Shown here: positions 29,216 through 43,421 of the stretch, one piece after another
How positions within the stretch are numbered: the first letter of the stretch is position 1
Layout of the letters: each line of letters begins with the position of its first letter
Source: the human T2T-CHM13v2.0 reference genome, Homo sapiens
Length of the DNA stretch: 64,000 nucleotides
Assembly: GCF_009914755.1 (NCBI RefSeq)
Contig: NC_060948.1
Reading direction: 5' to 3' (one strand)
Position numbers and translations under genes: made by a program
The notes under the pieces: model-generated
Seen by the model: the letters and a program-made list of their open reading frames with translations, nothing else
What the model was told of the DNA's origin: nothing
Database searches by the model: none

Positions 29216-32200
29216 GGCCTGGAATAAAGTGGAATGCTACGGTCTCGAATGGAATAAAAATGTATGGAATGGAATGCAATGAAACGGAATCGAATGTCAT
29301 AGAATGTAATGGAATGCAACAAAATGGAATCCAAAATCATTGACTGGAAAGGCTGGGTGTCGAAAGGAATTGACTCCAATGGAATGGAATCGAATGGAAT
29401 GGAAGTGAATAGAATCGAACTAAATCGAATGGAATGGAATTGATAGGAACGGAATGGAAAGGAATGCAATGATTTGGCATGGAATGGAATCGAATGGCAT
29501 CGAATGGAATGGAATGGAATGCAATGGAATGGAATGTATTAGAATGTAATGAACTTTAATGGAATGTACTCGAATGGATTCGACTGGAATGGAATGTTCT
29601 GGAAGTGAATGGGCTCCAATGGAATGGAATCAAAAGGAATGGAATCGTACGGAATGGAATCTAATGGAATGGAATTAAATGGAAATGAATCAAATTGAAT
29701 AGCACGGAATTGAGTTGAATGGAATCGAATGCAATGGAATCTAATGAAACGGAAAGGAAAGGAATGGAATGGAATGGAATGGGCTGGAATGGAAAGGAAT
29801 CGAAACGAATGGAATGGAATCGAACTGAAGAGACTGGAATGGAATGCACTGGAATGGAAGGGAGTGTAATGGAAGGTTCTCGAAAGAAATGGAATCGAAT
29901 GGAATGGAATTGAATGGAACGGAATAGAGTCGAATGGAATTGAATGGAATGGAATGGACTAGAGTGAAATGGAATCGAACCACAAGGAATGGACAGGAAT
30001 AGAATGGTCTCGAATTGAATGGAATCCTATGGAATGGCATCAAACGGAATGGAATGGACAGCCACGGAATGGAATGCACTCGAATGCAATGGAGTCGAAA
30101 CTAATGGACTGGAATAGAATGGACTCGACTGGTACGGACTCCAATGGAATGGAATCGAATGGAAGGGAATCGAACGGAATGGACTCGAAGGGAAAAGACT
30201 GCAATGGAAAGGTCTCGAATGGAATGGAAATTAATGGAATGGAATGGAATCGAATGAAATGGAGTCAAAAGGAATGGAATCGAATGGCAAGAAATCGAAT
30301 GTAATGGAATCGCAAGGAATTGATGTGAACGGAACGGAATGGAATGGAATCCAAAGGAATGGAATAGAATGGAATGGAATCGAATGGAAAGGACTCGAAT
30401 GGAAATCACTCGAATAGAATGCAATTTAATAAAATAGGATCAAATGTAATGGAATGGAATGGAAAGGAATCGAAACGAAAGGAATGGAGACAGATGGAAT
30501 GGAATGGAACAGAGAGCAATGGTATAGAATGGAATGGAATCATCTGGAATGGAATTGAATGGAATGGAATAATATGAAATGGAATGGAATGGAATGGAAT
30601 GGAATGCCCTTGAATTAAATGGACTGGAATGGAATGGACTCGAACAGAGTGGAATGGAAAGTGTTGAGATAGAATGGAATGGACTCCTTTGGAATGGTGT
30701 AGTATGCAATGCAATCGACTGGCAGGGAATCAAAAGGAATGTAATGGAATGGATTGGAGTGGAATGCAATGGACAGGAATAGATTGGAAACGGAATGCAA
30801 AGGAATGGAATGGAATAGTATGGAATGGAATGGAAAGGAATGGAGTGGAATAGACTAGAGTGGAATGCAATGGACTGGAAAGCAATGGACTGGAATGGAA
30901 CTTTCTTGAATGGACTGGAATCAAACGGAATGGAATGCAATGCAATCAAATGGCATGGAATAAAATAGAATGAAAGAGAATCAAATGGAATTGAATCGAA
31001 TGGAATCGAATGGATTGGAAAGGAATAGAATGGAATGGAATGGAATGGACTCAAATGGAATGGACTAGAATGGAATGGATTCGAATGGAAGGCAAAGGAA
31101 TGGAATCTATTGGAATGGACTGTAATGGAATGGAATGGAAGGGATTGGAATGGACTCGAATGGAATGGACTGCAATAGAAAGGATTCGAATGGAATGAAA
31201 AAGAATTGAATGGAATAGAACAGAATGGAATCAAATCGAATGAAATGGAATGGAATAGAAAGGAATGGAATGAAATGGAATGGAAAGGATTCGAATGGAA
31301 TGCAATCGAATGGAATGGAATCGAACGGAATGGAATAAAATGGAAGAAAACTGGCAAGAAATGGAATCGAAATGAATGGAGTGTTATGGAACGGACTCAA
31401 AAGGAATTGAATGTAATAGAATGGAGTGGAGTGGACTCGAATATAATGGACTGGAATGGAATGAAATCACATGGAATGGGAACGAATGGAATGGAATGGA
31501 AAGGAATGGAATCGAATGGAAAGGAATCGAATGGAAGGGAATGAAATTGAATCAACAGGAATGGAAGGGAATAGAATAGAGGGTAATGGAATGGACTCGA
31601 ATAGAATGGACACGAATGCTCAAATTGAATGGACTCGAATGGAATGGAAACGAAAGGAATATCATCGAATGGAATTGAATCGATCGGAATGAAATCGCAT
31701 AGAATGGAGTGGAATCAAATGGAATTGAATCGAAAGGAAAGGAAGCGAATGGACTGAAATGAAAAGGAATGGAATTGAATGGAAAGTAATGCAATGGAAT
31801 AGAATGGAACGAAATTTCACGGAATGGAATCAAACTGAATGGAATCAAATCAATGGAATCTAATCCAATGGAATGGAAAGGAATTGAATGGAGTAGATTG
31901 GATTGGATGGGATTGGAATGAAATGTACAGGAAAGGACTCGAATTTAATGAAACGGAATGGAATGAATTGGAACGGAATGGACTCGAATGGAATGGAATG
32001 TCATGGAATGGCATCAAATGGAATGGCATCAAATGGAATGGAATCGAATGCAATGGAATGCTATGGAATGGAATGGAATGCATTGGAATGGAATGTCCTC
32101 TAATGGAATGGATTCGAGTGGAATGGAATCGAATATAATGGAGTCGAATGAAATGGAATTGAAAGGAATGGGATCGAATAGAATGGAATATACTGGAATG

Positions 32201-32779
32201 TAATGTAATGAACTCGAATGTAATTGACTGGAATGGAATGTACATGAATGGAATGTAATCGAATGGAAAGTAATCCAATGGAATAGAATCTAATGCAATA
32301 AAACCGACTCAGATAGAGTAGAATGTAATGGAATGGAGTGCAGTGCAATGGAATGGAATGGAATTGAATGCAATGGAATGGAATGGAATGGAATGGAATG
32401 GAATGGAATGGAATGGGATGGAATGGTATGGAATGGATAGTAATGGACTGGAGTGAAATGGACTGGAAAGGAATGGACTCAAATTGAAAGGGCTCGAAAG
32501 GAATGGAGTCAAATGGAATGGTCTGGAATGGAATGAACACGAATGTAATGCAATCCAATAGAATGGAATCGAATGGCATGGAATATAAAGAAATGGATTC
32601 GAAGAGAATGGAAACAAATGGAATGGAATTGAATGGAATGGAATTGAATGGAATGGGAACGAATGGAGTGAAATTGTATGCAGTAGAAGGGAATAGAATG
32701 GAATGCAAGCGAAAGGAAAGGAATGGATTGGAATGGAATGGAATTCATTGGAATGGAAGGGAATGTAGTGTAATGGACA
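29216..32779 (+). repeat. DYZ1 unit U9, 3564 bp
   Basis: GGCC at 29216 and 32780. Confidence 0.92.
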
Positions 32780-35700
32780 GGCCTGGAATAAAGTGGAATG
32801 CTACGGTCTCGAATGGAATAAAAATGTATGGAATGGAATGCAATGAAATGGAATCGAATGTCATAGAATGTAATGGAATGCAAAAAAATGGAATCCAAAA
32901 TCATTGACTGGAAAGGCTGGGTGTCGAAAGGAATTGACTCCAATGGAATGGAATCGAATGGAATGGAAGTGAATAGAATCGATCTAAATCGAATGGAATG
33001 GAATTGATAGGAACGGAATGGAAAGGAATGCAATGATTTGGCATGGAATGGAATCGAATGGCATCGAATGGAATGGAATGGAATGCAATGGAATGGAATG
33101 TATTAGAATGTAATGAACTTTAATGGAATGTACTCGAATGGATTCGACTGGAATGGAATGTTCTGGAAGTGAATGGACTCCAATGGAATGGATTCAAAAG
33201 GAATGGAATCGTACGGAATGGAATCTAATGGAATGGAATTAAATGGAAATGAATCAAATTGAATAGCACGGAATTGAATTGAATGGAATGGAATGCAATG
33301 GAATCTAATGAAACGGAAAGGAAAGGAATGGAATGGAATGGAATGGGCTGGAATGGAAAGGAATCGAAACGAATGGAATGGAATCGAACTGAAGAGATTG
33401 GAATGGAATGCACTGGAATGGAAGGGAGTGTAATGGAAGGTTCTCGAAAAAAATGGAATCGAATGGAACGGAATAGAGTCGAATGGAATTGAATGGAATG
33501 GAATGGACTAGAGTGAAATGGAATCGAACCACAAGGAATGGACAGGAATAGAATGGTCTCGAATTGAATGGAATCGTATGGAATGGCATCAAACGGAATG
33601 GAATGGACAGCCACGGAATGGAATGCACTCGAATGCAATGGAGTCGAAACTAATGGACTGGAATAGAATGGACTCGACTGGTACGGACTCCAATGGAATG
33701 GAATCGAATGGAAGGGAATCGAACGGAATGGACTCGAAGGGAAAAGACTGCAATGGAAAGGTCTCGAATGGAATGGAAATTAATGGAATGGAATGGAATC
33801 GAATGAAATGGAGTCAAAAGGAATGGAATCGAATGGCAAGAAATCGAATGTAATGGAATCGCAAGGAATTGATGTGAATGGAACGGAATGGAATGGAATC
33901 CAAAGGAATGGAATAGAATGGAATGGAATCGAATGGAAAGGACTCGAATGGAAATCACTCGAATAGAATGCAATTTAATAAAATAGGATCAAATGTAATG
34001 GAATGGAATGGAAAGGAATCGAAACGAAAGGAATGGAGACAGATGGAATGGAATGGAACAGAGAGCAATGGTATAGAATGGAATGGAATCATCTGGAATG
34101 GAATTGAATGGAATGGAATAATATGAAATGGAATGGAATGGAATGGAATGCCCTTGAATTAAATGGACTGGAATGGAATGGACTCGAACAGAGTGGAATG
34201 GAAAGTGTTGAGATAGAATGGAATGGACTCCTTTGGAATGGTGTAGTATGCAATGCAATCGACTGGCAGGGAATCAAAAGGAATGTAATCGAATGGATTG
34301 GACTGGAATGCAATGGACTCGAATAGATTGGAAACGGAATGCAAAGGAATGGAATGGAATAGTATGGAATGGAATGGAAAGGAATGGAGTGGAATAGACT
34401 AGAGTGGAATGGAATGGACTGGAAAGCAATGGACTGGAATGGAACTTTCTTGAATGGACTGGAATCAAACGGAATGGAATGCAATGCAATCAAATGGCAT
34501 GGAATAAAATAGAATGAAAGAGAATCAAATGGAATTGAATCGAATGGAATCGAATGGATTGGAAAGGAATAGAATGGAATGGAATGGAATGGACTCAAAT
34601 GGAATGGACTAGAATGGAATGGATTCGAATGGAAGGCAAAGGAATGGAATCTATTGGAATGGACTGTAATGGAATGGAATGGAAGGGATTGGAATGGACT
34701 CGAATGGAATGGACTGCAATAGAAAGGATTCGAATGGAATGAAAAAGAATTGAATGGAATAGAACAGAATGGAATCAAATCGAATGAAATGGAATGGAAT
34801 AGAAAGGAATGGAATGAAATGGAATGGAAAGGATTCGAATGGAATGCAATCGAATGGAATGGAATCGAACGGAATGGAATAAAATGGAAGAAAACTGGCA
34901 AGAAATGGAATCGAAATGAATGGAGTGTTATGGAACGGACTCAAAAGGAATTGAATGTAATAGAATGGAGTGGAGTGGACTCGAATATAATGGACTGGAA
35001 TGGAATGAAATCACATGGAATGGGAACGAATGGAAAGGAATGGAATCGAATGGAAAGGAATCGAATGGAAGGGAATGAAATTGAATCAACAGGAATGGAA
35101 GGGAATAGAATAGACGGTAATGGAATGGACTCGAATAGAATGGACACGAATGCTCAAATTGAATGGACTCGAATGGAATGGAAACGAAAGGAATGTCATC
35201 GAATGGAATTGAATCGATTGGAATGAAATCGCATAGAATGGAGTGGAATCAAATGGAATTGAATCGAAAGGAAAGGAAGCGAATGGACTGAAATGAAATG
35301 GAATGGAAATGAATGGAAAGTAATGCAATGGAATAGAATGGAAGGAAATTTCACGGAATGGAATCAAACTGAATGGAATCAAATCAATGGAATCAAATCA
35401 AATGGAATGGAAAGGAATTGAATGGAGTAGATTGGATTGGATGGGATTGGAATGAAATGTACTGGAAAGGACTCGAATTTCATGAAACAGAATGGAATGA
35501 ATTGGAACGGAACGGACTCGAATGGAATGGAATGTCATGGAATGGCATCAAATGGAATGGCATCAAATGGAATGGAATCGAATGCAATGGAAGGCTATGG
35601 AATGGAATGGAATGCATTGGAATGGAATGTCCTCTAATGGAATGGATTCGAGTGGAATGGAATCGAATATAATGGAGTCGAATGAAATGGAATTGAAAGG

Positions 35701-36303
35701 AATGGGATCGAATACAATGGAATATACTGGAATGTAATGTAATGAACTCGAATGTAATTGACTGGAATGGAATGTACATGAATGGAATGTAATCGAATGG
35801 AAAGTAATCCAATGGAATAGAATCTAATGCAATAAAATCGACTCAGATACAGTAGAATGTAATGGAATGGAGTGCAGTGCAATGGAATGGAATGGAATGG
35901 AATGCAATGGAATGGAATGGAATGGAATGGAATGGAATGGAATGGAATGGTGTGGAATGGATAGTAATGGACTGGAGTGAAATGGACTGGAAAGGAATGG
36001 ACTCAAATTGAAAGGGCTCGAAAGGAATAGAGTCAAATGGAATGGTCTGGAATGGAATGAACACGAATGTAATGCAATCCAATAGAATGGAATCGAATGG
36101 CATGGAATATAAAGAAATGGAATCGAAGAGAATGGAAACAAATGGAATGGAATTGAGTGGAATGGAATTGAATGGAATGGGAACGAATGGAGTGAAATTG
36201 TATGCAGTAGAAGAGAATAGAATGGAATGCAAGCGAAAGGAAAGGAATGGATTGGAATGGAATGGAATTCATTGGAATGGAAGGGAATGTAGTGTAATGG
36301 ACA
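32780..36303 (+). repeat. DYZ1 unit U10, 3524 bp (shortest)
   Basis: GGCC at 32780 and 36304. Deletions of 15 bp (~33465), 5 bp (~34140) and 10 bp (~35031), plus a tract 10 bp shorter than in U9. Confidence 0.92.
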
Positions 36304-39300
36304 GGCCTGGAATAAAGTGGAATGCTACGGTCTCGAATGGAATAAAAATGTATGGAATGGAATGCAATGAAACGGAATCGAATGTCATAGAATGTAATGG
36401 AATGCAAAAAAATGGAATCCAAAATCATTGACTGGAAAGGCTGGGTGTCGAAAGGAATTGACTCCAATGGAATGGAATCGAATGGAATGGAAGTGAATAG
36501 AATCGAACTAAATCGAATGGAATGGAATTGATAGGAACGGAATGGAAAGGAATGCAATGATTTGGCATGGAATGGAATCGAATGGCATCGAATGGAATGG
36601 AATGGAATGCAATGGAATGGAATGTATTAGAATGTAATGAACTTTAATGGAATGTACTTGAATAGATTCGACTGGAATGGAATGTTCTGGAAGTGAATGG
36701 ACTCCAATGGAATGGATTCAAAAGGAATGGAATCGTACGGAATGGAATCTAATGGAATGGAATTAAATGGAAATGAATCAAATTGAATAGCACGGAATTG
36801 AATTGAATGGAATGGAATGCAATGGAATCTAATGAAACGGAAAGGAAAGGAATGGAATGGAATGGAATGGGCTGGAATGGAAAGGAATCGAAACGAATGG
36901 AATGGAATCGAACTGAAGAGACTGGAATGGAATGCACTGGAATGGAAGGGAGTGTAATGGAAGGTTCTCGAAAAAAATGGAATCGAATGGAATGGAATTG
37001 AATGGAACGGAATAGAGTCGAATGGAATTGAATGGAATGGAATGGACTAGAGTGAAATGGAATCGAACCACAAGGAATGGACAGGAATAGAATGGTCTCG
37101 AATTGAATGGAATCGTATGGAATGGCATCAAACGGAATGGAATGGACAGCCACGGAATGGAATGCACTCGAATGCAATGGAGTCGAAACTAATGGACTGG
37201 AATAGAATGGACTCGACTGGTACGGACTCCAATGGAATGGAATCGAATGGAAGGGAATCGAACGGAATGGACTCGAAGGGAAAAGACTGCAATGGAAAGG
37301 TCTCGAATGGAATGGAAATTAATGGAATGGAATGGAATCGAATGAAATGGAGTCAAAAGGAATGGAATCGAATGACAAGAAATCGAATGTAATGGAATCG
37401 CAAGGAATTGATGTGAACGGAACGGAATGGAATGGAATCCAAAGGAATGGAATAGAATGGAATGGAATCGAATGGAAAGGACTCGAATGGAAATCACTCG
37501 AATAGAATGCAATTTAATAAAATAGGATCAAATGTAATGGAATGGAATGGAAAGGAATCGAAACGAAAGGAATGGAGACAGATGGAATGGAATGGAACAG
37601 AGAGCAATGGTATAGAATGGAATGGAATCATCTGGAATGGAATTGAATGGAATGGAATAATATGAAATGGAATGGAATGGAATGGAATGGAATGCCCTTG
37701 AATTAAATGGACTGGAATGGAATGGACTCGAACAGAGTGGAATGGAAAGTGTTGAGATAGAATGGAATGGACTCCTTTGGAATGGTGTAGTATGCAATGC
37801 AATCGACTGGCAGGGAATCAAAAGGAATGTAATGGAATGGACTGGACTGGAATGCAATGGACTCGAATAGATTGGAAACGGAATGCAAAGGAATGGAATG
37901 GAATAGTATGGAATGGAATGGAAAGGAATGGAGTGGAATAGACTAGAGTGGAATGGAATGGACTGGAAAGCAATGGACTGGAATGGAACTTTCTTGAATG
38001 GACTGGAATCAAACGGAATGGAATGCAATGCAATCAAATGGCATGGAATAAAATAGAATGAAAGAGAATCAAATGGAATTGAATCGAATGGAATCGAATG
38101 GATTGGAAAGGAATAGAATGGAATGGAATGGAATGGACTCAAATGGAATGGACTAGAATGGAATGGATTCGAATGGAAGGCAAAGGAATGGAATCTATTG
38201 GAATGGACTGTAATGGAATGGAATGGAAGGGATTGGAATGGACTCGAATGGAATGGACTGCAATAGAAAGGATTCGAATGGAATGAAAAAGAATTGAATG
38301 GAATAGAACAGAATGGAATCAAATCGAATGAAATGGAATGGAATAGAAAGGAATGGAATGAAATGGAATGGAAAGGATTCGAATGGAATGCAATCGAATG
38401 GAATGGAATCGAACGGAATGGAATAAAATGGAAGAAAACTGGCAAGAAATGGAATCGAAATGAATGGAGTGTTTTGGAACGGACTCAAAAGGAATTGAAT
38501 GTAATAGAATGGAGTGGAGTGGACTCGAATATAATGGACTGGAATGGAATGAAATCACATGGAATGGGAACGAATGGAATGGAATGGAAAGGAATGGAAT
38601 CGAATGGAAAGGAATCGAATGGAAGGGAATGAAATTGAATCAACAGGAATGGAAGGGAATAGAATAGACGGTAATGGAATGGACTCGAATTGAATGGACA
38701 CGAATGCTCAAATTGAATGGACTCGAATGGAATGGAAACGAAAGGAATGTCATCGAATGGAATTGAATCGATCGGAATGAAATCGCATAGAATGGAGTGG
38801 AATCAAATGGAATTGAATCGAAAGGAAAGGAAGCGAATGGACTGAAATGAAATGGAATGGAATTGAATGGAAAGTAATGAAATGGAATAGAATGGAACGA
38901 AATTTCACGGAATGGAATCAAACTGAATGGAATCAAATCAATGGAATCTAATCAAATGGAATGGAAAGGAATTGAATGGAGTAGATTGGATTGGATGGGA
39001 TTGGAATGAAATGTACTGGAAAGGACTCGAATTTCATGAAACGGAATGGAATGAATTGGAACGGAATGGACTCGAATGGAATGGAATGTCATGGAATGGC
39101 ATCAAATGGAATGGCATCAAATGGAATGGAATCGAATGCAATGGAATGCTATGGAATGGAATAGAATGCATTGGAATGGAATGTCCTCTAATGGAATGGA
39201 TTCGAGTGGAATGGAATCGAATATAATGGAGTCGAATGAAATGGAATTGAAAGGAATGGGATCGAATAGAATGGAATATACTGGAATGTAATGTAATGAA

Positions 39301-39862
39301 CTCGAATGTAATTGACTGGAATGGAATGTACATGAATGGAATGTAATCGAATGGAAAGTAATCCAATGGAATAGAATCTAATGCAATAAAACCGACTCAG
39401 ATAGAGTAGAATGTAATGGAATGGAGTGCAGTGCAATGGAATGGAATGGAATTGAATGCAATGGAATGGAATGGAATGGAATGGAATGGAATGGAATGGG
39501 ATGGAATGGTATGGAATGGATAGTAATGGACTGGAGTGAAATGGACTGGAAAGGAATGGACTCAAATTGAAAGGGCTCGAAAGGAATGGAGTCAAATGGA
39601 ATGGTCTGGAATGGAATGAACACGAATGTAATGCAATCCAATAGAATGGAATCGAATGGCATGGAATATAAAGAAATGGATTCGAAGAGAATGGAAACAA
39701 ATGGAATGGAATTGAATGGAATGGAATTGAATGGAATGGGAACGAATGGAGTGAAATTGTATGCAGTAGAAGGGAATAGAATGGAATGCAAGCGAAAGGA
39801 AAGGAATGGATTGGAATGGAATGGAATTCATTGGAATGGAAGGGAATGTAGTGTATTGGACA
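36304..39862 (+). repeat. DYZ1 unit U11, 3559 bp
   Basis: GGCC at 36304 and 39863. Near-copy of U15. Confidence 0.92.
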
Positions 39863-42800
39863 GGCCTGGAATAAAGTGGAATGCTACGGTCTCGAATGGA
39901 ATAAAAATGTATGGAATGGAATGCAATGAAACGGAATCGAATGTCATAGAATGTAATGGAATGCAACAAAATGGAATCCAAAATCATTGACTGGAAAGGC
40001 TGGGTGTCGAAAGGAATTGACTCCAATGGAATGGAATCGAATGGAATGGAAGTGAATAGAATCGAACTAAATCGAATGGAATGGAATTGATAGGAACGGA
40101 ATGGAAAGGAATGCAATGATTTGGCATGGAATGGAATCGAATGGCATCGAATGGAATGGAATGGAATGGAATGGAATGGAATGTATTAGAATGTAATGAG
40201 CTTTAATGGAATGTACTCGAATGGATTCGACTGGAATGGAATGTTCTGGAAGTGAATGGACTCCAATGGAATGGATTCCAAAGGAATGGAATCGTACGGA
40301 ATGGAATCTAATGGAATGGAATTAAATGGAAATGAATCAAATTGAATAGCACGGAATTGAATTGAATGGAATGGAATGCAATGGAATCTAATGAAACGGA
40401 AAGGAAAGGAATGGAATGGAATGGGCTGGAATGGAAAGGAATCGAAACGAATGGAATGGAATCGAACTGAAGAGACTGGAATGGAATGCACTGGAATGGA
40501 AGGGAGTGTAATGGAAGGTTCTCGAAAAAAATGGAATCGAATGGAATGGAATTGAATGGAACGGAATAGAGTCGAATGGAATTGAATGGAATGGAATGGA
40601 CTAGAGTGAAATGGAATCGAACCACAAGGAATGGAGAGGAATAGAATGGTCTCGAATTGAATGGAATCGTATGGAATGGCATCAAACGGAATGGAATGGA
40701 CAGCCACGGAATGGAATGCACTCGAATGCAATGGAGTCGAAACTAATGGAATGGAATAGAATGGACTCGACTGGTACGGACTCCAATGGAATGGAATCGA
40801 ATGGAAGGGAATCGAACGGAATGGACTCGAAGGGAAAAGACTGCAATGGAAAGGTCTCGAATGGAATGGAAATTAATGGATTGGAATGGAATCGAATGAA
40901 ATGGAGTCAAAAGGAATGGAATCGAATGGCAAGAAATCGAATGTAATGGAATCGCAAGGAATTGATGTGAACGGAACGGAATGGAATGGAATCCAAAGGA
41001 ATGGAATAGAATGGAATGGAATCGAATGGAAAGGACTCGAATGGAAATCACTCGAATAGAATGCAATTTAATAAAATAGGATCAAATGTAATGGAATGGA
41101 ATGGAAAGGAATCGAAACGAAAGGAATGGAGACAGATGGAATGGAATAGAACAGAGTGCAATGGTATAGAATGGAATGGAATCATCTGGAATGGAATTGA
41201 ATGGAATGGAATAATATGAAATGGAATGGAATGGAATGGAATGGAATGCCCTTGAATTAAATGGACTGGAATGGAATGGACTCGAACAGAGTGGAATGGA
41301 AAGTGTTGAGATAGAATGGAATGGACTCCTTTGGAATGGTGTAGTATGCAATGCAATCGACTGGCATGGAATCAAAAGGAATGTAATGGAATGGATTGGA
41401 CTGGAATGCAATGGACTCGAATAGATTGCAAACGGAATGCAAAGGAATGGAATGGAATAGTATGGAATGGAATGGAAAGGAATGGAGTGGAATAGACTAG
41501 AGTGGAATGCAATGGACTGGAAAGCAATGGACTGGAATGGAACTTTCTTGAATGGACTGGAATCAAACGGAATGGAATGCAATGCAATCAAATGGCATGG
41601 AATAAAATAGAATGAAAGAGAATCAAATGGAATTGAATCGAATGGAATCGAATGGATTGGAAAGGAATAGAATGGAATGGAATGGAATGGACTCAAATGG
41701 AATGGACTAGAATGGAATTGATTCGAATGGAAGGCAAAGGAATGGAATCTATTGGAATGGACTGTAATGGAATGGAATGGAAGGGATTGGAATGGACTCG
41801 AATGGAATGGACTGCAATAGAAAGGATTCGAATGGAATGAAAAAGAATTGAATGGAATAGAACAGAATGGAATCAAATCGAATGAAATGGAATGGAATAG
41901 AAAGGAATGGAATGAAATGGAATGGAAAGGATTCGAATGGAATGTAATCGAATGGAATGGAATCGAACGGAATGGAATAAAATGGAAGAAAACTGGCAAG
42001 AAATGGAATCGAAATGAATGGAGTGTTATGGAACGGACTCAAAAGGAATTGAATGTAATAGAATGGAGTGGAGTGGACTCGAATATAATGGACTGGAATG
42101 GAATGAAATCACATGGAATGGGAACGAATGGAATGGAATGGAAAGGAATGGAATCGAATGGAAAGGAATCGAATGGAAGGGAATGAAATTGAATCAACAG
42201 GAATGGAAGGGAATAGAATAGACGGTAATGGAATGGACTCGAATAGAATGGACACGAATGCTCAAATTGAATGGACTCGAATGGAATGGAAACGAAAGGA
42301 ATGTCATCGAATGGAATTGAATCGATTGGAATGAAATCGCATAGAATGGAGTGGAATCAAATGGAATTGAATCGAAAGGAAAGGAAGCGAATGGACTGAA
42401 ATGAAATGGAATGGAATTGAATGGAAAGTAATGCAATGGAATAGAATGGAACGAAATTTCACGGAATGGAATCAAACTGAATGGAATCAAATCAATGGAA
42501 TATAATCAAATGGAATGGAAAGGAATTGAATGGAGTAGATTGGATTGGATGGGATTGGAATGAAATGTACTGGAAAGGACTCGAATTTCATGAAACGGCA
42601 TGGAATGAATTGGAACGGAATGGACTCGAATGGAATGGAATGTCATGGAATGGCATCAAATGGAATGGCATCAAATGGAATGGAATCGAATGCAATGGAA
42701 TGCTATGGAATGGAATGGAATGCATTGGAATGGAATGTCCTCTAATGGAATGGATTCGAGTGGAATGGAATCGAATATAATGGAGTCGAATGAAATGGAA

Positions 42801-43421
42801 TTGAAAGGAATGGGATCGAATAGAATGGAATATACTGGAATGTAATGTAATGAACTCGAATGTAATTGACTGGAATGGAATGTACATGAATGGAAGGTAA
42901 TCGAATGGAAAGTAATCCAATGGAATAGAATCTAATGCAATAAAATCGACTCAGATAGAGTAGAATGTAATGGAATGGAGTGCAGTGCAATGGAATGGAA
43001 TGGAATGGAATGCAATTGAATGGAATGGAATGGAATGGAATGGAATGGAATGGAATGGGATGGAATGGTATGGAATGGATAGTAATGGACTGGAGTGAAA
43101 TGGACTGGAAAGGAATGGATTCAAATTGAAAGGGCTCGAAAGGAATGGAGTCAAATGGAATGGTCTGGAATGGAATGAACACGAATGTAATGCAATCCAA
43201 TAGAATGGAATCGAATGGCATGGAATATAAAGAAATGGAATCGGAGAGAATGGAAACAAATGGAATGGAATTGAATGGAATGGAATTGAATGGAATGGGA
43301 ACGAATGGAGTGAAATTGTATGCAGTAGAAGGGAATAGAATGGAATGCAAGCGAAAGGAAAGGAATGGATTGGAATGGAATGGAATTCATTGGAATGGAA
43401 GGGAATGTAGTGTAATGGACA
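39863..43421 (+). repeat. DYZ1 unit U12, 3559 bp
   Basis: GGCC at 39863 and 43422. Near-copy of U16. Confidence 0.92.
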
